DNA from: Dyadobacter sp. 50-39
GTDB taxonomy: Bacteria; Bacteroidota; Bacteroidia; Cytophagales; Spirosomataceae
NCBI RefSeq assembly: GCF_001898145.1
Contig: NZ_MKSR01000023.1
Coordinates: 61,894 to 125,893 of the forward strand
Direction: 5' to 3'
DNA length: 64,000 nucleotides
Of this stretch, positions 38,780 to 47,085 are shown piece after piece. The notes beneath the pieces were generated by a model. It saw only the letters and a list, made by a program, of their open reading frames with translations. It made no database searches and was not told where the DNA came from. A program made the translations under genes and the position numbers. Position 1 is the first letter of the stretch. Each line of letters opens with the position of its first letter.

Positions 38780-41143
38780 ATGCGAAAAGATTACATACAG
38801 CGCGGAAAAGCCCTCACGCGTACACTTCTGTTAGCGATAGCCTTACTAACCTCTTTCCAATGCGCCTTCGCGCTCGATCCCGACAAAGGCCGCGGCAACG
38901 TGCGGGGACTGGTGCAAACGTCCGACGGACAGCCTGCCGGGTTCGTCAATGTATCGATCAAAGGAACCTCCAAAGGCGCGCTCACCGGCGAACAAGGCGA
39001 GTACCTGATCAGGAATGTGGCCGAAGGCAGCCAGACGCTCGTCGTACAGCTCGTGGGCTACGCGGCCGTGGAAGTAGCGATCGAAGTCGTGTCCGAAGAG
39101 ACGATCACCGTGCCGGTTGTGAGCCTCAAAGAGAGTTCGAACCAGCTGGAAGAGGTGCAGGTGAAAGGGAATATCAACCGGTTTGCAGACAAAGAAACGG
39201 ACTACGTGGCCCGCCTCCCGCTCAAAAACCTTGAAAACCCGCAGGTTTACAGCGCCGTCAACAAGGACCTGATCAGCGAACAGGTGGTAACCGATTTCAA
39301 GGATGCATTGCGGAATGTAGCCGGGGTAGCGCCCGTGAACAACCCGGCAGGCGGCACCGGTGCGACCATCCGTGGTTTTTCAGCTACTACCACGGTCCGG
39401 AACGGTATGGCGGTACAGATTTACCAGTCCGACCCGATTAACCTGGAACGCATTGAGGTGATCAAAGGGCCTTCGGGCACATTGTTCGGTTCCAGCCTTG
39501 TAAGCTTTGGCGGGCTGATCAACCAGGTAACCAAAAAGCCTTTCGAAACATTTAAAGGGGAAGTTTCGTATACCGCCGGGAGTTATGAGCTCAGCCGGTT
39601 CACGGCCGACATTAACACTCCGCTCAATACCGGCAAGACCCTGCTCCTGCGGGTGAATGCGGCTGCGCATTCGGAGGGTACGTGGCAGACATTCGGCCAC
39701 AACCGCCGCTACACCGCCACGCCCAGCTTGCTCTACAAAGTGGACGACCGCCTGACGCTCACCTTCGATGCCGAACTGAATGCCACCAACCGCTCGACTG
39801 TCGCCTACTACCAGAACCTGAACAAAACTTCCTACAAGAATTTCAAGGATATCCCCATCGGCAGCAAGACATCCCTGGGCGGCGAAAACATCGATGCCGA
39901 TCTCACGGCATTGAACTACGCCCTCGGCGCCCGATATGCGATTAATGCTAACTGGACTTCCCAGACAAATATCACCGTCGGCAATAACCGCATTGAGCAT
40001 AGCAACCAGATTTACCCGAACTGGACGAGCGATACGACATTTAACCGCAACATTTCCAACTACGGCCCCCGGATTTTCACTTCCATCAACGCCCAGCAAA
40101 ATTTCACCGGGAATTTTAACATCGGCCCCCTGCGCAACCGCCTGCTCGTGGGTGCGGACGTGTACACATTCACGAGCCAGCTGCGGTTCACCGACGTTGG
40201 AACGTACGATGTAGTGAATACCAACAAGCCTATCCCAGGCATCAACCTCGAAAAGGTAAACGCATTGATGGCTACAAAAACCAATTCCAACAACCAGACG
40301 CGCCTGAGTACTTACAGTGTTTACGCTTCGGATGTGATCAATATTACCAAACGGTTGATCATGATGCTGAGCGTGCGCGTGGACCGGTTTGTCAACAATG
40401 CCACTATTACCAACGGAATCAAAGGGACCAACGACTACAAGCAAACCGCCGTTTCGCCCAAATTCGGCTTTGTGTACCAGGTAGCGCCTGAACAGCTTTC
40501 GATATTTGGTAACTACATGAATGGCTTCCAGAACGTTGCCCCGGTTGTACAGCCCGACGGCACCACGTCTACCTTCAAACCATTGAATGCCAACCAATGG
40601 GAGTTCGGTTTGAAGGCGGAGGCATTTAACCGCAGGCTGACAGGTACAGTGAGCTATTACGACATTTCGATCAACAATGCGACCCGTGTTGAAAACAGCT
40701 TCACCATTCAGGACGGCCAGCAGAAAAGCAAAGGCTATGAAATTGAAGTAGTTGCAAACCCGGTACCCGGGCTGAACATCGTAGCGGGGTATGCTAAAAA
40801 TGAAAACAAAGTAGTGAAGGCGGCCGCATTCGAAGGCAACTACGTGGCGCAGGTCCCTACCGACTATGCCAACTTGTGGGTAAGCTACAAATTCACCGGC
40901 AAAACGCTGCGCAATTTCGGACTGGGTATCGGGGGTAATTATGTATCCGACTGCTACTTCGAAGCTGCCAACCTCATTACCATTCCAGGTTACACGCTCA
41001 TCAACGCCTCCCTCTTTTACGACCAACCCAAATGGCGCGTGACGCTCAAAGGGAACAACCTTGCCAATGAGGCTACCTTCTCCAATTGGGGATTGCCGCA
41101 GCCCCTCCGCCAGCTATCCGGCTCCGTAACCGTCAAATTCTAA
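38780..41143 (+). CDS. TonB-dependent (siderophore-type) receptor with carboxypeptidase-regulatory-like N-domain
   Basis: It has a signal peptide, the plug motif IEVIKGPSGTLFGS and a barrel ending in VTVKF. A PepSY-TM gene follows it. Confidence 0.9.
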   Translation: MRKDYIQRGKALTRTLLLAIALLTSFQCAFALDPDKGRGNVRGLVQTSDGQPAGFVNVSIKGTSKGALTGEQGEYLIRNVAEGSQTLVVQLVGYAAVEVAIEVVSEETITVPVVSLKESSNQLEEVQVKGNINRFADKETDYVARLPLKNLENPQVYSAVNKDLISEQVVTDFKDALRNVAGVAPVNNPAGGTGATIRGFSATTTVRNGMAVQIYQSDPINLERIEVIKGPSGTLFGSSLVSFGGLINQVTKKPFETFKGEVSYTAGSYELSRFTADINTPLNTGKTLLLRVNAAAHSEGTWQTFGHNRRYTATPSLLYKVDDRLTLTFDAELNATNRSTVAYYQNLNKTSYKNFKDIPIGSKTSLGGENIDADLTALNYALGARYAINANWTSQTNITVGNNRIEHSNQIYPNWTSDTTFNRNISNYGPRIFTSINAQQNFTGNFNIGPLRNRLLVGADVYTFTSQLRFTDVGTYDVVNTNKPIPGINLEKVNALMATKTNSNNQTRLSTYSVYASDVINITKRLIMMLSVRVDRFVNNATITNGIKGTNDYKQTAVSPKFGFVYQVAPEQLSIFGNYMNGFQNVAPVVQPDGTTSTFKPLNANQWEFGLKAEAFNRRLTGTVSYYDISINNATRVENSFTIQDGQQKSKGYEIEVVANPVPGLNIVAGYAKNENKVVKAAAFEGNYVAQVPTDYANLWVSYKFTGKTLRNFGLGIGGNYVSDCYFEAANLITIPGYTLINASLFYDQPKWRVTLKGNNLANEATFSNWGLPQPLRQLSGSVTVKF

Positions 41144-41149
41144 CCTAAT

Positions 41150-41172
41150 CCGGGGCGCGTCCTGCGCCCCGG
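41150..41172 (+). other. GC-rich hairpin between the receptor and PepSY genes (no T-tract)
   Basis: The stem pairs ccggggcgc with gcgccccgg around a 5-nt loop. It may be an attenuator or processing site rather than a full terminator. Confidence 0.4.
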
Positions 41173-41188
41173 CCCCAAACCTGCTACC

Positions 41189-42436
41189 ATGACCCCGCAT
41201 AAATCATCCGACAAATCCGGTCGCTCGCTTTTCAGGCGCATTAACGAATGGCTGCACCTCTGGCTGGGACTCGCATCCGGTATTGTCGTGTTCGTCGTAT
41301 GCCTCACAGCCGCATTATGGGTGTTCCGGTATGAGGTGTGGTATTTCACGGAGCCTTACCAGCGTGTTGAAGCGCAAAACAAACCGTTTCTGCCCCCATC
41401 TGTACTGATCGCAAAAGCGGCTGCATTTGCCGAGAGCAGGGAAGGCAAAGCCGTCGTGTTTACCGCTATTACCTACGGAACCTCCCAAAAATCAGCATTT
41501 GTGACTTACAAGCCGGGCGAGGGCAAGTTTTACAGCATTTACCTCAACCCCTATGACGGCAAAGTAATTTACCACAAAACAGGCCCGTCGAAGGCGGAGG
41601 CATTCTTCATATTTGTGCGCAGCGGCCACAGGTTTTTTTTCCTGCCGCAGAAGATAGGCAGCCCGCTGGTGGGCGCTTCCTGCATTATTTTTGTGATCAC
41701 CCTTATTACCGGCCTGATCTGGTGGTATCCCAAAAAATGGTCGAAATCCACGCGTGACAAAAGTTTCAAAATCAAATGGAACGGCAACTGGAAGCGCGTC
41801 AACCTCGACCTGCACAATGTGCTCGGCTTTTATGCATTTCTCGTTGCCATCGCGCTCACCATCTCCGGCATCGTGTACAGTTTCGAGTGGTTCGACAAGG
41901 GCTACCAATGGCTGCTGACAGGCAAAGTCACCGCTTCCCATGGCCACTCTGCGGGTGAACACCCGCATTCCGACACCACCATAACCCGTGCATTGTACGA
42001 TCAGCCCGCCGACATTCTCTGGCAGCGCATCCGCACCGACCACCCCGGCGAGCTGGGCCGGCTGAACATCATTTTTCCCGAAGAAGCCAATGATCCGTTC
42101 GAAGTAGCCGTCAATCCCGAGGACGGCACCATTTACAAGACCTTCAACCGCTTTTTCGACCGCCATACCCTGACCGAACTGCCCTCGGAAGAATCGAGAA
42201 AATTCGAAGAAATGACCGCCGGGGAAAAGCTTTATGCCATGAACTTCGATATTCACGTGGGCCAAATTTATGGCCTGCCCACCCGCATCCTGGCATTTTT
42301 TGCAAGTCTCATCGGCGCCAGCCTGCCTGTTACGGGGTTTATTATCTGGTGGTTTAGAGGTAAGAAGAGTAAAACCGGCAAAAAACGGAAGACTTCCGGA
42401 AGGCCGGAGCCCGAAAACCCGATTTCCGTCGACTGA
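41189..42436 (+). CDS. PepSY-associated TM-helix domain protein (PiuB-like)
   Basis: The N-terminus FRRINEWLHLWLGLASGIVVFVVCLTAALWVF matches the family. There are four TM segments, and the gene has the usual position after a TonB-dependent receptor. Confidence 0.8.
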   Translation: MTPHKSSDKSGRSLFRRINEWLHLWLGLASGIVVFVVCLTAALWVFRYEVWYFTEPYQRVEAQNKPFLPPSVLIAKAAAFAESREGKAVVFTAITYGTSQKSAFVTYKPGEGKFYSIYLNPYDGKVIYHKTGPSKAEAFFIFVRSGHRFFFLPQKIGSPLVGASCIIFVITLITGLIWWYPKKWSKSTRDKSFKIKWNGNWKRVNLDLHNVLGFYAFLVAIALTISGIVYSFEWFDKGYQWLLTGKVTASHGHSAGEHPHSDTTITRALYDQPADILWQRIRTDHPGELGRLNIIFPEEANDPFEVAVNPEDGTIYKTFNRFFDRHTLTELPSEESRKFEEMTAGEKLYAMNFDIHVGQIYGLPTRILAFFASLIGASLPVTGFIIWWFRGKKSKTGKKRKTSGRPEPENPISVD

Positions 42437-42529
42437 TTGTTACCATTCTTCGCGATCCTCTATTTTTGTTAAAATTTTATCATATTAACAGGAAGTATCG
42501 TTTCTATACCGAAACCCGGATCGTGAAGA

Positions 42530-43954
42530 ATGAACCCTAAGAAGTGCTGTCAGGAGATATACTTTCTGCTTTTTATCCTGCTTGTTTCCCATTATGCCTC
42601 CGGCCAGACGGTCGTTGCCGACAGTGCCGGCAATGTGATCGTGGGTGATATTACGGTGGAAGGGAACCATCGTACCCGCACGGGCATCATCATGCGCGAG
42701 ATGGCGATTCGCCGGGACGATTCCCTTACCGCGGAAACACTGAAAGAAAAGCTAGAAATCGACCGCAGGAAGGTGATCAATACCAATTTGTTTGTCACCG
42801 TTGACCTGCTCACAAAGCCCAATCCCGATTCTGTCCATACGGATATCCGCATTGTGGTGAAGGAACGGTGGTACTTCATCATCCTGCCTGTTTTCCAGCT
42901 TGCCGACCGGAATTTCAATGAATGGTGGTATGAACGAAAGCGGGACCTTTCGCGGACGACTTACGGCGTATACCTTAGCTATGGCAATGTGACGGGCCGG
43001 GCCGACAAGCTGCGTTTCCTCGCCGAATTCGGCTTTATCCCAAAGTTCGAAGTCGCATACACATTGCCGTACATCGACAAAGCGCAAAAAACAGGGATTA
43101 CCATCGGGACTTCCTACTCCATTAATAAAAATACGGCTTTCAGGACCTGGCGGGATAAGCTGCAATACCTCAGCAGCGAGGACATCAACCGGGAGCGGTT
43201 TTATACCTACGTGAGTCTGACGCGCCGCAACAAGTACTACACTTTTCACTCGGTAGACCTGCGCTGGAGCTACCTCACCATTTCCGACACCATCGCGAAG
43301 CTCAACCCCAATTACCTCCTGAATGGGGATAAACGGCAACGTTATTTCCAATTGACCTACACTTACAGCTACGACAAGCGCGACAATGCGCAGTATGCAT
43401 TGCAGGGCCAGACAGCTGGATTGCAGATTTCCAAAACCGGTCTGCTGCCATCCGACGATGTCAATACCTTATACCTGTACGGGTCCTACCGCAAGTTCGT
43501 TCCGCTTGGCAAGAAATGGTTTTTCAATACCAATGTCCGTGGGCGCGTCTCCTTTCCGAAGCGGCAGCCCTACGTACAGACCGTGGGCCTCGGCTACCGC
43601 AACGACCTTGTGCGCGGGTACGAGCTTTACGTGATCGATGGACAGGATTACGCATTGATCAAAAATGAACTGAAATACAGGCTATTCGCAATGCAAAAGC
43701 ATCTTTCATTCATTCCTGTACGGCAATTCAACACCATTCCGCTCGCGGCTTACCTGAATACATTCGCGGATGCAGGTTATGTCAAAAACAGCTATCCCGA
43801 GTTCAGTAACACCCGGCTGGGCAACTCCACACTTTTCGGCGCGGGCGCCGGACTGGATGTTGTGACGTTTTACAATATCGTAGCCCGCTTCAACGTAACG
43901 CTTAACGGTTTGGGCGAACGCAGGTTCTTTTTTAACCTCGCAAGAGAGTTTTAA
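42530..43954 (+). CDS. Omp85-family outer-membrane protein with a single POTRA-like domain
   Basis: It has a signal peptide and a POTRA-like ITVEGNHRTRTGIIMREMAIRRDDSL. The beta-barrel C-terminus ends in LAREF. Confidence 0.7.
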   Translation: MNPKKCCQEIYFLLFILLVSHYASGQTVVADSAGNVIVGDITVEGNHRTRTGIIMREMAIRRDDSLTAETLKEKLEIDRRKVINTNLFVTVDLLTKPNPDSVHTDIRIVVKERWYFIILPVFQLADRNFNEWWYERKRDLSRTTYGVYLSYGNVTGRADKLRFLAEFGFIPKFEVAYTLPYIDKAQKTGITIGTSYSINKNTAFRTWRDKLQYLSSEDINRERFYTYVSLTRRNKYYTFHSVDLRWSYLTISDTIAKLNPNYLLNGDKRQRYFQLTYTYSYDKRDNAQYALQGQTAGLQISKTGLLPSDDVNTLYLYGSYRKFVPLGKKWFFNTNVRGRVSFPKRQPYVQTVGLGYRNDLVRGYELYVIDGQDYALIKNELKYRLFAMQKHLSFIPVRQFNTIPLAAYLNTFADAGYVKNSYPEFSNTRLGNSTLFGAGAGLDVVTFYNIVARFNVTLNGLGERRFFFNLAREF

Positions 43955-44070
43955 GCCCGCTTCCGGAAGTGACAAATATGTATAAATTGCAATTGATCAG
44001 GCATCGAACTAGTTATAAGGCACGATAATTTCTCAACTTTATTTAACCGAATGACACAACCTCTACACTT

Positions 44071-44667
44071 ATGAAGACGCTGAAAAATGGAGTCGTATTG
44101 CTGGCGATGGCATTACTGGCATCGGCCTGCGACACTAAAACAAACGAAAAAACCGAAGCGGCGGCTGATTCGGTAGTCCTGCACGAGCCTGCTCCCGCTG
44201 ACCTGAACAGCGACCAGTCGACGCTGCTGAAAACCATTTTGGGGCCGGCTGAACAAAATCCGGCGGGTGTAGTACTGAGAGGCATTGCTTTCGGCGATGG
44301 GATCGCAAAGGTGAAAGCGACCGAGACATTCGATATGTTCGAGGAAACGCCCGACCATCTGGGATACACCTCGGAAACTGCGCAGCTGGAAACCATCGAT
44401 GTACAATATTTTCTGACCGCGGAGAAAAAGGTAAGCAAGATCACAATCGATGTTTATCTGAACAGTCCGGAGGCAACCAAACAGCTTTGGAATGCGAGTA
44501 AACAGTATTTTAGTGACGCCTATTCTAAGCCCAAAGAGGAATCCAAAAAGATCACCTGGAACAATAAAACGATCCGGGTTGATATGGAGGATGTTTCGGA
44601 AGGGAAAGATTACGGTTTGAAATTTCAATTCTTTCCGGCCGACAAGAACGTTCTGGCCGCCAACTAA
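44071..44667 (+). CDS. hypothetical lipoprotein
   Basis: It has a lipobox (LLASACD) and is 198 aa. No family was recognised. Confidence 0.5.
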   Translation: MKTLKNGVVLLAMALLASACDTKTNEKTEAAADSVVLHEPAPADLNSDQSTLLKTILGPAEQNPAGVVLRGIAFGDGIAKVKATETFDMFEETPDHLGYTSETAQLETIDVQYFLTAEKKVSKITIDVYLNSPEATKQLWNASKQYFSDAYSKPKEESKKITWNNKTIRVDMEDVSEGKDYGLKFQFFPADKNVLAAN

Positions 44668-44672
44668 CACCT

Positions 44673-45380
44673 ATGAAAACTAGAAAATCGATTCTCCTGG
44701 GCACACTATGCCTCATTGCCCTGAATGTATTTGCACAGAAGCCGTCTAAAAAAGACGAGGTAATTACTATCGCGACCAATCAGGGAACGATGCGCTTCAT
44801 CCTTTTTGACGAAACACCCAAGCACAAAGCCAATTTCATCAAACTTGCCAAAGATAACTTCTATAACGGGCTCCTGTTCCACCGCGTGATCGACGATTTC
44901 ATGATCCAGGGCGGCGACCCGGAATCACGGAATGCGAAGCCGGACGCTGTGCTTGGCCGTGGCGATAACGGCTACAAGGTTCCTGCCGAATTCAATGGTA
45001 AACTGTTCCACCAAAAAGGGGCATTGGCTGCCGCGCGTGACAACAACCCTGCAAAAGAATCCAGCGGATGTCAGTTCTACATTGTGGAAGGCCGCAAATG
45101 GAACAAAGCGGATCTGGAAAAACAGTCGGCTCGCGCTGCCCGCAAACTGACCGACGCCCAGAAAAAAGTGTATGAAACAGTAGGCGGCACGCCTCATCTC
45201 GACGGTGCGTATACCGTTTTCGGGCAGCTGATAGACGGCATGGATGTAATCGATAAAATCGCTTCCGTGGACAAAGACGAGCGCGACCGCCCTGAGAAAG
45301 ACATTTCGATGAAAGTGTCGGTCAAGAAGATGAAAAAGAAAAAGATCACCCGGAAGTACGGCTGGAAATACGAGGCTTAA
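44673..45380 (+). CDS. cyclophilin-type peptidyl-prolyl cis-trans isomerase (secreted)
   Basis: It has a signal peptide plus FHRVIDDFMIQGGDP and YTVFGQLIDGMDVIDKI. Confidence 0.9.
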   Translation: MKTRKSILLGTLCLIALNVFAQKPSKKDEVITIATNQGTMRFILFDETPKHKANFIKLAKDNFYNGLLFHRVIDDFMIQGGDPESRNAKPDAVLGRGDNGYKVPAEFNGKLFHQKGALAAARDNNPAKESSGCQFYIVEGRKWNKADLEKQSARAARKLTDAQKKVYETVGGTPHLDGAYTVFGQLIDGMDVIDKIASVDKDERDRPEKDISMKVSVKKMKKKKITRKYGWKYEA

Positions 45381-45382
45381 AA

Positions 45383-46285
45383 TTGGAAAAGAAAAAGATC
45401 CTGATCACAGGCTCCAACGGTTTGTTGGGGCAAAAGCTCGTAGAGCTGCTGATTCCAAAAGCGCATGTCGAAACCATCGCGACAGCCCGTGGTGAAAACC
45501 GGCTGCCAGTCAGTAAAGGCTACCGGTATCTGGAGATGGACATTACCGATCCGGAATCGGTAGACCAGGTGCTCGGCACCGAGCGCCCTGACGTCCTGAT
45601 CCACACCGCTGCGATGACGAATGTAGACCAGTGTGAAATGGAGAAGGATGCATGCTGGAAGTTGAATGTGACAGCCACCGAAACACTCGTCACCGCCTGT
45701 GCGAAGTACCGGATCTTCCTGGAACACGTCTCTACCGACTTCATTTTCGATGGCACTTCGGGCCCTTACCGGGAAGAGGACGCCCCGAACCCGGTGAGTT
45801 TTTATGGGTGGAGTAAATATGCGGCAGAAAAGGTGGTAATGTCGTCCGAGATCGGTTGGGCCATCGCCCGGACCGTGCTCGTATATGGCATCGCGCACGA
45901 CATGAGCAGGAGTAACATTATTCTTTGGGTTAAAAAATCATTGGAAGAAGGGAAGAATATTAAAGTCGTGACCGATCAGTTTCGCACGCCTACTTTGGCC
46001 GAAGACCTGGCATTGGGCTGCTTCCTCATCGCCGATCAGGAGGCCAAAGGCATTTACCACATTTCCGGTAAAGATTTCATGACGCCTTACGAGATGGCGC
46101 TTGCCACTGCGGATTACTTCAAGCTGGATGCTTCTTTAATTTCCCCCACGGATGCTTCCGCATTCACCCAACCCGCCCGCCGGCCTCCGCGCACCGGGTT
46201 CAATCTGACGAAGTCACGGAATGTGCTCGGTTACGAACCGCATTCGTTTCGGGAGGGGATTGAGATTCTGGCTTCGCAGATTTGA
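45383..46285 (+). CDS. dTDP-4-dehydrorhamnose reductase-like SDR (RfbD family)
   Basis: It has a TTG start, the Rossmann motif ILITGSNGLLGQKL and the catalytic YGWSKYAAE (YxxxK). Confidence 0.75.
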   Translation: MEKKKILITGSNGLLGQKLVELLIPKAHVETIATARGENRLPVSKGYRYLEMDITDPESVDQVLGTERPDVLIHTAAMTNVDQCEMEKDACWKLNVTATETLVTACAKYRIFLEHVSTDFIFDGTSGPYREEDAPNPVSFYGWSKYAAEKVVMSSEIGWAIARTVLVYGIAHDMSRSNIILWVKKSLEEGKNIKVVTDQFRTPTLAEDLALGCFLIADQEAKGIYHISGKDFMTPYEMALATADYFKLDASLISPTDASAFTQPARRPPRTGFNLTKSRNVLGYEPHSFREGIEILASQI

Positions 46286-46290
46286 GATTT

Positions 46291-46352
46291 AATGCCACGA
46301 AGGCACGAATAAACACGAAAGCTTTCGTGCACATTCGTGTCTTCGTGGCATT
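46291..46352. repeat. 62-bp imperfect palindrome carrying three CACGAA motifs per arm; probable bidirectional terminator
   Basis: The left arm is aatgccacgaaggcacgaataaacacgaaagc. The reverse complement of the right arm is aatgccacgaagacacgaatgtgcacgaaagc, giving 28 of 32 matches. The centre is aagctt. Confidence 0.75.
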
Positions 46353-46356
46353 AAAA

Positions 46357-46938
46357 CTATTGTACTATTTTCGCAAGATTCAATTCAAAACCTGGAAAAA
46401 CCGGCTCGCCAGAAAGTTGGATATCCAGACTCAGGTGCTCAACAATAGACTTACCGGGCTCATACACATAAACTTTCCGCGCATACCTGTCGATCAGCCA
46501 GCCGAGACGGCACCCATTAGCCATGTACTCCTGCATTTTGTTTTGCAAGTAGATAATGCTATCTGTTTTCGAGCGCACTTCCACCACAAAGTCGGGGCAG
46601 ACGGGCGCGAACCTCTCCTGATCGGCCGCGGACAATGCAGCCCAGCTCCCGCTGTTCACCCAGGCAACGTCCGGGGATCTGACGGCCCCGTTAGGCAGCG
46701 TAAAGCCAGCCGAGGAACCGAAAACAATACCCGGGTTTTCACGCTGACCCAGCCACAGACCCAGGGCAATAAGAATTTTTGAACTAAGATTTTCCGATAA
46801 ACTCCCCGCAGGTGACATAAAGATAATGTTGCCGTCGCTGTCACGCTCCAAGTTGAGCGTATCGTTCATCTGGCAAAAACGAAAGAACTCGTCTTCGCTC
46901 ATGATATCTCCTACAATGAATGTAACAGGCGTGTCCAT
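46357..46938 (-). CDS. Uma2 (DUF820) family PD-(D/E)xK endonuclease
   Basis: The ORF is 193 aa. It carries FMSPAGSLSENL and the core PDFVVEVRSKTD, which is typical of the Uma2 family. Confidence 0.75.
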   Translation of the reverse strand: MDTPVTFIVGDIMSEDEFFRFCQMNDTLNLERDSDGNIIFMSPAGSLSENLSSKILIALGLWLGQRENPGIVFGSSAGFTLPNGAVRSPDVAWVNSGSWAALSAADQERFAPVCPDFVVEVRSKTDSIIYLQNKMQEYMANGCRLGWLIDRYARKVYVYEPGKSIVEHLSLDIQLSGEPVFPGFELNLAKIVQ

Positions 46939-47085
46939 AACTTAACGATGTCTTTGGAAGTCTTTCAATAATCTAAATCAAATATAACGAATTCGCGGCA
47001 AAGGCTGAACGGCGACCGATAGTCACCTTTCATACAACCGTGTACAAGGACCAACTGCCGGTCGCCGCTCTCCTGCGAATGAAAT

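Noticed and set aside
39380-41026. A 548-aa ORF on the minus strand lies inside the TonB-dependent receptor gene.
   Set aside because: It is antisense to a CDS with clear plug and barrel motifs. The product is R/G/V-rich with no recognisable domain, signal or start context, which is typical of a shadow ORF in a mid- to high-GC gene.
46282-46782. A 166-aa plus-strand ORF starts at the rfbD-like stop.
   Set aside because: It begins inside the 62-bp palindrome and runs antisense through the Uma2 gene, which has the PD-(D/E)xK core motif. The product has no recognisable features.
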